From the NCBI GenBank assembly GCA_964016885.1, contig OZ024755.1, forward strand, positions 13,516,001 through 13,580,000: DNA of 64,000 nucleotides, in the 5' to 3' direction. Positions 1 to 12,700 of this stretch are shown here, in pieces. The number at the start of each line of letters is the position of its first letter. The stretch's first letter is position 1. This DNA comes from Eledone cirrhosa. Its lineage: Eukaryota. Both the position numbers and the translations under genes were made by a program. The notes under the pieces are model-generated. The model did no database searches. It was not told the DNA's origin and was given only the letters and a program-made list of their open reading frames with translations.

Positions 1-2875
<2,875 letters not shown>

Positions 2876-3375
2876 ATGAAGTATTTCCGTAGGAACAGAA
2901 GCTTTATATACATATTTGTATATATATGTATATTTTTTTCACAATTTATAGATGTTTCTTTACATTATATAATTGTATAAATTTAAAACGATATTTCGAC
3001 ATGAAAAAAATAATAGTTTTTTTTTTCTCATAATTTAAAATAATAATAACAAACAGAATTTAATCATAACGAGAGATTCCATGTGCTGATGATGCCTTTC
3101 TGTTACCAAATAGATATTTTTTTCCTTTGCATTATGCTTTATCTCTCCCAGATAAATATTCTTTAGATGAAACTCTTAAACTGATTGTTATGAAATGTTT
3201 TAGCAGACACAGTCGTTTGGTGTAGAGGGGTGATCTGGCCTAGGTTTCGAAGGCACCGCGATATGTGTGTGTGTGTATATATATATATACGATTTTAGAA
3301 AGGCTTCTACAATACATATTTTCTATAAAATGGCTTGACCACTTTACTGTTCATGATGCTCAGTTTTTCCATGAG

Positions 3376-3418
<43 letters not shown>

Positions 3419-3499
3419 TTGAGCTGGGCCATCGAAATATGTAAATTAAAATTCTGAAGTACGGTTTTCTGTTTTTGTTTTAACATATATACATACATA

Positions 3500-4108
3500 C
3501 ATGGTGGCTGCCAACTCGCTTTCAAGTACGGCCACTACTTTATATCCATGTAGGAGAACCCCTACCGATGCGCTGAACGAGTGTGACTTTTTAGTCCAGC
3601 CAGCGACTTGAAAACTCTGGTACAAACACAACACTTGTGACAATTACTGACACATAGTGCTGGGCCCATGGTACCATGTGACGACAAGTGCAGAGAGATC
3701 TTCAGATATAAAGCAATGCCTGTGCCGTGAAGCTTTTATAATGAGCAAAGGCACTGCACAAAGCCAGTCCCACTCTCTTAACCAAGATGATATTTACCAA
3801 AAAGAACAAGTCAACATCATTGGATACCATCAGGGTTGCAGGTGTTATATCAGAGTTTTCCTTCTCCTAGAATTCTGCCTTGACAAAGGCTAAGGGGTCA
3901 TCTCTCCCGGTGATTTTGGATGGCAATTGACTCTTAAGAGCTCCTTTGCCCTTTGACAGGTTTTGTTTTTAGTCCTGCAGGATGTCCAAAGTCACCCTCC
4001 TCACCAAGAAACGTTGGTGGGGTTGCCAGTTTAGTCACCAACGACCCGACCATGGGACAGGTTGTACTGGGATACATGTTACCAGTAGCACCAGCTGGTG
4101 ACCTGACA
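3500..4108 (-). mobile_element. Bipartite RTE-derived non-autonomous retroposon, copy 1 (~610 bp, apparently full length)
   Basis: Near-identical to 49327-49937, 6777-7180 and 51915-52332. The minus strand carries the RTE-5'UTR-like motif CTAGGAGAAGGAAAACTCTGA, ends in [25 protein letters not shown] (C2H2 finger as at RTE ORF C-termini), then a (TATG)n tail. Confidence 0.85.
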
Positions 4109-4110
4109 CA

Positions 4111-4172
<62 letters not shown>

Positions 4173-4439
4173 TCTTGTTTTTTTTCATGAATTTTATAGT
4201 TTTATTATTATTCTGCTTCTTCCTTCAAGGAAGATGTCGTTTGCTGAAAAGCGATAAGACATCGAAGAATTGAATTTTTGTTTCTTGTTATCTTCGTTAT
4301 TGTTACTGCTGCTGCTGTTGTACCACAGTACGACAATAGTATTTTTTCATGCCAAAATGTCGTTTAAATTGTATGCAATTTACTATGGTAAATCAATAAT
4401 ATAAATTGAGGAAAAAACCCCCAATTATATTGTCTCAAT

Positions 4440-4500
<61 letters not shown>

Positions 4501-4759
4501 GTACCAAAGAGATGGTTGTGCTGAAATTTGACTCATATCGTTATATCGGTCACTTAAGTACAACAATTTTTCCTCGGTTAAATATGCATTAACAATAAGG
4601 AGGAACCGTAATATTTTTCAATACATCATAGGCAAGTAAATTTAATAGAAAAAAAACTTTAGCTGATAATATTACAAATCTATATAAATACCGCATATGA
4701 CGAGAAAGTATCTAATAAATCTTTGCTAAGAGTAGAATACAAAACAAAATTATACAAAC

Positions 4760-4897
4760 TGTTTCTACTTTAGGCACAAGGCCAGCAATTATCCCAGTGC
4801 ATTACTGGTACTTTATTTTATCGACCCCGTAAGGATGAAAGGCAAAGTTAACCTCGGCGGGATTTGAACTCAGATCGTAAAGGGACGTAACTATGCT
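4760..4897 (-). mobile_element. tRNA-derived SINE (Nin/Deu-like core), 5'-truncated
   Basis: Reverse complement has B-box GAGTTCAAATCCC and core GCCTTTCATCCTTACGGGGTCGATAAAATAAAGTACCAG; many copies in the window. Confidence 0.85.
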
Positions 4898-5043
4898 GGA
4901 AATTATACATGACAATAATATACATGAAAATAAAATTATAAAAAACTAACATTCAGTATTCTTTGAAAATTGCCGTTGAAGATCTTAGTATTCCTATGAT
5001 CTTTTGCGATCACAGCAAAACGCATCACTGCTCCCTTGTTTGT

Positions 5044-5247
5044 TATGAGAGGGTAGGCTGAAAAGTTCATAAGTTGACTATGAAGGAGTAATGCTAGAAC
5101 TATGAAATTTTGCATACATTAATTTCGACTTTTCTTATTAATAACTGCATTGTTTCTTTCCAGAGATTATCTTGAAAAATAAACCTCATTTGGACATTTC
5201 ATGAAAGTATCTTGATCAGCCTATGGACCTTTCAGCCGACCCTCGTA
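5044..5247. mobile_element. Mariner-type MITE
   Basis: Imperfect TIRs TA..GAGGGTAGGCTGAAAAGTTCATA / TATGGACCTTTCAGCCGACCCTCGTA with TA ends; second copy at 25407-25549. Confidence 0.75.
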
Positions 5248-5667
5248 GACGATTTTGGAACATCATTGTTCCAAAAGTAATTTGAAGAAATATTATTGCA
5301 ATAATGGCCCTAACGTTTCCCAGGTTTCAATGAAACATTATTTTATAACTAAATCGAGCCGTTCTCTCTTTGAAGGAAACCCTTGTTTCAATACTGAACA
5401 TAGCATTATCTAAGTCTTTTTCTGAAAACAGAATAAAGTGATTTGTGTCCAGGCTCTGCTGGCTCTAGCAGGGAGTACCTGAAATGGGCCTGTATCCAGG
5501 GTTACGGAACCATCTCCTGTTAATTTTTAGCTTGTATGACCAGAGAAGAGGAGCAGAGATAGAGAACAGGGTTAGCAACATTACCTCCATTGATCAACAT
5601 TGTTAAAGAAACGACGAGAAGATACTGGCCTAGAAGCAGGTCCGTGTCGAGAATAGAGAGTGCAAAC

Positions 5668-6052
5668 AGAAGAAGACGAAGAAGACGACGAAGAAGACGA
5701 CGACGACGTAGAAGAAGAAGAAGAAGAAGAACACAACGAAGAAGACGAAGAAGAAGAAGAAGAAGACGAAGAAGAAGACGAAGACGAAGAAGAAGACGAA
5801 GAAGACGACGTAGAAGACGAAGAAGACGAAGACGAAGAAGACGAAGAAGACGACGTAGAAGACGAAGACGAAGAAGACGACGAAGAAGACGAAGAAGAAG
5901 ACGAAGAAGAAGACGTAGAAGAAGACGTAGAAGAAGACGACGAAGAAGACGACGAAGAAAACGAAGACGATGAAGAAGAAAACGAAGAAGACGAAGAAGA
6001 CGATGAAGAAGAAAACGAAGAAGATGAAGAAGAAAACGAAGACGACGAAGAC
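5668..6052. repeat. (GAA/GAC)n mosaic triplet repeat
   Basis: In-phase GAA/GAC/GTA triplets give the poly-E/D, poly-R and poly-F/V pseudo-ORFs. Confidence 0.95.
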
Positions 6053-6284
6053 CATACTGAAGATCTGCCTTGATTTAATCATCATAGGACCCCAAGGAGT
6101 TAATTTCTCAAGTCTGGTATTTATATTTATTGATCTATTTTTGGTTGAAAAGCCAACTCCTTAACCACACGATCATATATATACACATTCACTCTCGCCC
6201 CCATATATTTATATATCTATGTGTGTGTGTATAACACACATACACAGCACACACACACACACGCACATATGAGGATGAAAAACT

Positions 6285-6566
6285 GAGCTATATGGGAGCC
6301 TCCCAAAAGTCAGCTCAAAAGTGACACAGAGGAGACTGAGGTTAGCTGGACATGCTCACCGACATCCAGAGTTGACACTGCACTCAGTGCTCCCGTGGGA
6401 GCCCCTGCATGGACACACTGGAAGAGGAAGACCAAGGTTAACGTATGTTGATGCCCTAAGGACAGACACTGGTCTGTTGGAGACGCTGGACAGGGCAGCG
6501 ATAATGAGGGACGGAGACCGCTGGAAAGAACTTATCCATGGATCTCGGGAATCTTACCCGCCCTAG
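6285..6566 (+). mobile_element. RTE-clade LINE 3' fragment (end of RT ORF)
   Basis: ELYGSLPKVSSKVTQRRLRLAGHAHRHPE...WEP..G...RGRPRLTYVD..DTG...RDGDRWK is a typical RTE C-terminus; followed by (TA)n. Confidence 0.85.
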
Positions 6567-6601
<35 letters not shown>

Positions 6602-6776
6602 ACAATATATGTTTGTGTTCATTCCTTTATATATGTGTATGTATGTACGTACGCATACATTATGCGTGAGTATGTATGTATGTTTTCCTGTATGTATGTA
6701 TGTATGCATGTACTTATGCATGTATGTATGTATGTATGTATGTATGTATGTATGTATGTATGTATGTATGTATGTA

Positions 6777-7180
6777 TGTCACAAGTGTAGTATTTGTACC
6801 AGAGTTTTTAAGTCGCTGGCTGGACTCTGATATAACACCTGCAACCCTGATGGTATCCAATGATGTTGACTTGTTCTTTTTGGTAAATATTATCTTGGTT
6901 AAGAGAGTGGGACTTGGTTTGTGCAGTGCCTTTGCTCATTATAAAAGCTTCACGGCACAGGCATTGCTTTATATCTGAAGATCTCTCTGCACTTGTTGTC
7001 ACATGGTACCATGGGCCCAGCACTATGTGTCAGTAATTGTCACAAGTGTTGTGTTTGTACCAGAGTTTTCAAGTCGCTGGCTGGACTAAAAAGTCACACT
7101 CGTTCAGCGCATCGGTAGGGGTTCTCCTACATGGATATAAAGTAGTGGCCGTACTCGAAAACGAGTTGGCAGCCACCATG
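6777..7180 (+). mobile_element. Bipartite RTE-derived retroposon, copy 2 (5'-truncated, rearranged)
   Basis: Reverse complement of ~3500-3855, preceded by a duplicated ~48-bp zinc-finger piece. Finger codons at 7041-7118; (TATG)n on both sides. Confidence 0.88.
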
Positions 7181-7279
7181 TATGTATGTATGTATGTATG
7201 TATGTATGTATGTATGTATGTATGTATGTATGTATGTATGTATGTATGTATGTATGTATGTATGTACGTACGTACATAC

Positions 7280-7999
7280 ATTGCAATACCAACCGAAATG
7301 AAGCTACTGGAAAAGTATGTATAATATTATATGATAGTAGCTGATTTTGACCAATTGAATGTTGGTCCCATGGGAGGGGGGAGGGGGTGGAATACGTCGA
7401 GTTAGTGATCAGTTGCAGAAAATAAATATTGGAAGATAGAAATATAATAGAACCATGGAATATCTGGGGACAATGGATGCTAGGAATGAATGTAGAAAGT
7501 GAAAGTAGATTGACAGAAAATTGAATAGATGTAGGGGTATGAGGTGGGATAAGATGGGATAGAAAGGGCAAACTGGAGGACGGGAATATGAGGGTGGTGG
7601 TGGAGTGTGGTGGTGAAAGGGAAGTGACTAAGGGAACAAAGGGGAAACACACATACGTGCATGTGTGAGTGTGCGTATACGTGTGTGTGTGCGCGCGCGC
7701 ACACACACACACATATATATAATCTTACATATATGATATACATAGTATGTACATATATATTTATGTAAAACACCCACACAGATTTTATATATGTATATAT
7801 ATATATATATAACGAAGGAAGTGTGGTAAGGAACCAGGTGGACCATAACGCACCAGAGTACTCGATACTATGGGTAGTAGAGTGGGTAATAGGAAAAGCG
7901 TCAGGACCCAAACGGCTGAGCTCCGGCCGTTTCGACAGCTATTTCTGAACACAGAAATAGCTGTTCAGAAATAGCTGTCGAAACGGTCGGAGCTCAGCC
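7280..7999 (-). mobile_element. Penelope-like pseudo-LTR remnants ending in a palindrome
   Basis: The minus strand reads GTCGAAACGGCCGGAGCTCAGCC...ATAGTATCGAGTACTCTGGTGCG...(TA)n: a hammerhead 3' half followed by pLTR-like sequence. 38-bp inverted arms at 7914-7999. Confidence 0.5.
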
Positions 8000-8043
8000 T
8001 ATATATATATATATATTTGAGAGTGTGTGTGTATGTATGTATG

Positions 8044-8520
8044 TCTCCAAAAGGCTCCGAACCGGTGCGACCAAGAGAAAATCCACGTACCAGAGCGAAG
8101 GTTTTTGTGCACATGGAGTTTTTTTAATTCCGAAAAGAATAAAATAAAAAAAAAATAAGAAAATAGTAATACTATCAATCACTGTTACTGTGACAATTTA
8201 ATTAGTGGGGAATTTATTGATCGTCTCATGTATTCGTTCAATGTGACCTTATTATTCCGACCATCTATGCCGTCATCAGGAGGCATTTGTTTCGCTATGA
8301 GGCACAGAGTTGTCCTCAGCGAGGCTACCCGATGTTTACGTGGAGACGCTTTCGCTAAAGTACACAGCAAGCCACTGATACCACTTCAACATACAACTGC
8401 AGAGTAAATGTCCATAGAAACCACATTAAGGACGATTGTCGATTAACAGGGAAGGGCCCCGTGGAATGGGTGGGGGTGGGTGTCATGTATTATAAGGGCT
8501 ACATTGCCAAATGTATCCTT
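8044..8520 (-). mobile_element. Penelope-like pseudo-LTR with degenerate hammerhead
   Basis: Minus strand CCTC-CTGATGA-CGGCATAGATGGTCG-GAAT-AATA-AGG at 8246-8284, with AATAAA downstream. Confidence 0.4.
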
Positions 8521-8544
8521 CACTTTTTTCTTTTTGTATTTTGG

Positions 8545-8895
8545 TCGAGATCTAGCTGCTAACTACATGTTGTGATATGTTCTCTGCCTCTAAATTAGTC
8601 GCTCCGACCACAAACCCCGGTACTGCGGCCCGCAATGCAGAGGACGGGAAGACAAACAAATACCGAGGCTTGCCCGGCCGTTTCCTCTTCACACCGCTCG
8701 CTGTCGAGACCTCAGGAGTCCTCGGACCCCGTACTGCCGAGCTCCTCCGCAGCTCGTCTGAGGACGGAGCCCCGTGAGGTGGGGTGGCTGTTGCAGTGGG
8801 TGTCTCTGGCCATTGTCCGCGGAAATGCCTTTGCAGCTTTGTCCGTGGAGCGCAGCCCAAACACCACCCCGCCCTAAGTCCATCACCCACTCTAC
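8545..8895 (+). mobile_element. CRE-clade non-LTR retrotransposon 3' fragment (restriction-like endonuclease)
   Basis: TTCCDMFSAS...GTAARNAEDGKTNKYRGL...FTPLAVETSGVLG, then after a frameshift REVGWLLQWVSLAIVRGNA, matching the C-terminal signature of CRE elements. Confidence 0.82.
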
Positions 8896-8969
8896 AAGCT
8901 GAATGTGTATATATGTGTATGTATTGATTATATAGATTAATGCTTAAGTTTTAGTATATTAGTACATAG

Positions 8970-9195
8970 TGTTTGTATGCAGATGTCGCGTCGTTTAGTC
9001 CCAGGTCAAACTTGATCTCATTCCCATCTGTGATCAATGGGGTTCTAACAATGATAACCCAGTCTTTTTTATGGGCCTTTATTAATAGGAATACATCATC
9101 AAATATGTCCTCTTACAATCGACGCCAGAGTAGATTTTTGAGGTGAATTTAGCTATTATTTCTAGCAAATTGAACGTCTGCATCGAAGCCATGTT
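8970..9195 (-). mobile_element. Old interspersed repeat/SINE, second family
   Basis: GTTTAGTCCCAGGTCA...GAGGTGAATTTAGCTATTATTTCTAGCA; related pieces at ~16745-16950, 34330-34490, 35085-35145 and 55205-55325. Confidence 0.5.
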
Positions 9196-9644
9196 AGCGA
9201 CTGTGGTATAGTGGCGCTATTTACAATACAACAGGTCAAAGTACTTCATTGGGAATTGATTTCTAATTATATCTAAAGACGGCAATTGGGATCGATAGTC
9301 AGGCATTTATTGAGAATACCAAAACAAGTGGAACGTCTATGCAAATTAAGTAATTAGCGCAGAACAAATACGCTAATCAGTATGCAAATTAAGCAGTTTG
9401 TCGAGAACAAAAGTAAAACTGATATGCCATTTTGCAAAGATCAGATTATGCCATTAATCGAACAGAATACCATTATTGAATTTTCTCTTATTTATTTTGT
9501 TTACCTCAGGGGTCAATGTAACTACGTCTGCATGTAAATGTGTGTGTTTGTGGGTCGAGTGCGGGTGGTGTGGGTAGAGGATGTGTCTATGTTTATGTGG
9601 TTGTTTGTGTGTGGGGGCCCCCATCTCATCTCTAGGTCTAAATA

Positions 9645-9925
9645 TAGCAGATTTTTTCCAGAGAAGGCTAGAGAGAATGTGGAAATGAAAGTGAGAAAGA
9701 TATACAGAGGGTAGAATCGACGCAATTATTAGACTAGTACTTTTTTAATCGACCTTGAATGGATGAAAAGCAAAGTTGACCTCGACCCGATTTGAAATCT
9801 TAGATCAGATAGCCGAAACGAATACCTCAAAACATCCTATCCGACGTTCTAACAACTCTGCCAATTCGCCGCTTGGCATTGCACTTATCGACTTCGAAAG
9901 GATGAGAGACAAGTTGACGTCGGCG
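9645..9925 (-). mobile_element. Dimeric tRNA-SINE (two head+core units), copy A
   Basis: Two tandem SINE cores with the same junction as 12335-12700. Confidence 0.65.
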
Positions 9926-9959
9926 CCTATCCCATTTGTATATGTATTGCTATTACATG

Positions 9960-10220
9960 TAAAGGCGTTAGTCATCATACGATCCGGATTTCGATTTCCA
10001 GCGGTGCATTGTATCCTTGAGCAAAGCACCTTATTTCACGTTGATCTAGTCTACTCAGTTAACAAAGATAAGTTGACCATATAGTTCAAATAGCCAGCCT
10101 TGTCACACACTATGTAACGTTTATGTAGAATATCAGCTACGTTAATTTTACGAGTAGGTTGTCCTATTGTTTAAACAACTGGAACATTCATTCCTCATCA
10201 TAACCGACGGATGTCCAGCC
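9960..10220 (+). mobile_element. tRNA-derived SINE, third family
   Basis: CCTTGAGCAAAGCACCTTATTTCACGTTG...GCCAGCCTTGTCACAC...AACTGGAAC...AACCGACGGA; relatives at 24130-24490, 39050-39180, 53480-54020 and 57660-57950 (minus). Confidence 0.65.
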
Positions 10221-10550
10221 TATTATATTATGTTATATCTACAATGAAACAAAATACGTTGGCATTTCTGTTACTATTGTCTTAGAGTATAATAGAACAA
10301 GCTGATCAGCAATAAATATATTGATTAACCGACATTTGTACATGTGATCTCTCGGCAGCGAGATCTTGCTATACACACACAAACACACACTTTTACTGGT
10401 TTCAGTCATAAAACTATGGTAATACTGGGGCATCATCTTGATTTAGTCGATCACCAGTAAATATTTTGGTACGTATTTTATCGATCCCGTTTTTGTGAAC
10501 TGCTATGTTACGGAACATAAAACGCACATACTCACCTACACACACATTAC

Positions 10551-10575
<25 letters not shown>

Positions 10576-10595
<20 letters not shown>

Positions 10596-11920
10596 ACGCT
10601 GGCCAATAAAATCTGGTAGCTTAAGAACACAAACCAGGAATATGGGATTAGCTGGTCAAAATTATCGGGAGCAAGGGTCTACAACAATGGAATAAGGGTC
10701 TACAAGGGTCTACAACAATGTTATAATTATATTTCCAGATCGTAAATTCTTTTGTATTTTATGTACTTCAATTATACTATGTACTGTATTTATATATCTA
10801 TTTCTCTCTCTATATGTGTGTATATATATATATATATGTGTGTATTGATATACATGTACATATATTTATGTATGTGTGTGTATCTGTATGTATATATATA
10901 TGTGATGCATATCTACCTATTTGTGTGGGTACGTCTATGTATGTATATGTGGGAATTGTGTATATATATATGTATGTGTATATGCATACAATTCGATTGC
11001 ACTTATTTATAAGGAATATCCTAAGGTTCATGACAAATAAACATATATAATAACAGTCATAACTACATAACAGGTTATCTTATTAAATATAAAACTTATA
11101 TAAAAAAAATTTGTATAATAACATAAAGTGTGTATAACAAAATTTCCTTTAATATCTTAACAATTGTAACATTTATATAACTAAATAACGTAATTTTCCT
11201 TCACGCTGCTTTCATATTTTGTTTGTATGTATATATTATATACGTAGATAGATATGTATATATGTTTATACGTGTGTATATATATTTATATGTATGTATA
11301 TTTGCGTGTGTATATGTGTTATATTCTTCTAATAATATATAGATTTTTAATAATATATAGTCTTAATAATAATATATAGATTTCTTAATATATAGATCTC
11401 AATTTTTAATGTATTGATCTCAATATTTTAATTGATTAACTAAACATTTAATCATATTTAAACAATGGTTAAAATTCTCATATTATATATGTATCTTCCA
11501 TTCATGATTATTTACATTTCAATTTTATTTATTCATTTCATCTCAAATGTTAAGATAACTCAACAACCTATCACTTAGAGTTTTCGCTCTCTCTCCTTTC
11601 TCTTTCTCCTCTCTCTCTTTTCTTTTTTCTCTTTCTTTTCTCTCTCTCTTGTTCTTCTCTCTCCGTAACCCAACGGCTTATTTAAAAATATCCAATACTA
11701 ACTTACCTAATAGTATAATTAAAGATATAACTCCACTATCCGGGAGCTTCCAACAGTAATGGTTGCATTCTTTAAGGGTATGTCAATATTTATTTATAAA
11801 ACTGCTCTATATTATATTTTATCTGATGAAAGCACACCATAATTTAACTTGGTGTCCTTGAAATATGTATAATGAAATAAATATGGTTTTATAAATATAG
11901 TTTCCATTTGTTAATATCGT
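10576..11920 (+). mobile_element. Penelope-like element 3' end (GIY-YIG tail + pLTR with hammerhead)
   Basis: 10576-10710 translates TLANKIW*LKNTNQEYGISWSKLSGARVYNNG (cf. PLE GIY-YIG end T.LSKHIW.LK...Y.I.W). Hammerhead core CTGATGA-AAGCACACC...GGTGTCCTT-GAAA-TATGTA at 11823-11869. Confidence 0.72.
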
Positions 11921-11946
11921 ATATATATATATATATATATATATAT

Positions 11947-12058
11947 GAGTTCTAGTCCTGTAGAATCTCATCTATATTAAAACTTGTAAACTCTGCTATG
12001 TATTGAGTACCTTACTTACTGTGGTTACCTCCGATTCAACCCGGAATAAGGACCGCGA
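11947..12058 (+). mobile_element. Penelope-like pLTR tail fragment
   Basis: TATTGAGTACCTTACTTACTGTGG... between (TA)n runs; the same TATTGAGTAC/ATCGAGTAC motif follows hammerheads elsewhere in the window. Confidence 0.4.
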
Positions 12059-12334
12059 ATATATATATATATATATATAACAAATCTTGCCTTAACTTGA
12101 ACATAAAATACAACCAGATTAAACCAAAGATAACCATGAACCCAAGCAAACGTAAGCTATACACTTACAATCACCCCAAATTCCCTGAAGAAGAGCTAAA
12201 CCATGTACGTCCTTCTAACTATGTTCCAACTCTCGGCAAGCAAGCCACCGACTTGCATCAATTACTGGTATAGGGATGACGGACGTCATCTGACCGCAGC
12301 CACTATGTTACGCAGTTTCTATATAATACTAGTC

Positions 12335-12700
12335 ACACCAGATTTCCTTCAGAGAAGGATAGAGGGGGTGAGAGCATGGAAGTGAAAAAGAGATACAGAA
12401 AAAGAATGAACCCCCAGTGCTAGACTGGTACTTTTTTATTGACCTTAAATGGATGAAAGACAAAATTGACCTGGGTGGGATTTGAACTCAGAGAGTAGAA
12501 CGCCGAAACGAATACCACAAAGCATTCTATCCGAGGTTTTAACGAACGACTCTGCCAACTCGCCGTTTGGTATTGTACTTATCGATTCAGAAAGGATGAG
12601 AGACAAAGTTAACCTCGGCGGGAGATGAACTTTGAGTGCAAAAAGCTGACACAAGCACCGAAGCATTTAATCCGATGTTGTAACGATTCTACCTATTCAA
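12335..12700 (-). mobile_element. Dimeric tRNA-SINE, copy B
   Basis: Colinear with 9645-9925, including the purine-rich tail and the dimer junction. Confidence 0.7.

Noticed and set aside
3657-3893. Repeated 78-aa ORF MLGPWYHVTT... (also at 6808 and 49483)
   Set aside because: Antisense frame of the retroposon with a GTG start; it recurs only because the repeat does.
3991-4103. HDV-like or twister ribozyme assignment for the leader
   Set aside because: There is a G-U-opened stem and UCCCAUGG/GAGGG resemble twister pieces. However, I could not place HDV P3/L3/P1.1 or the twister UAA/P2 arrangement, and CCC is not kept in the 35.7-kb homologue.
5590-6085. Poly-Arg (protamine-like), poly-Glu/Asp and poly-Phe/Val ORFs
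   Set aside because: Three frames of one triplet repeat, with non-ATG or incidental starts and no domain.
7041-7118. Host C2H2 zinc-finger gene exon
   Set aside because: A single finger inside a multi-copy retroposon, followed by a stop and tail; no TGEKP linker or finger array.
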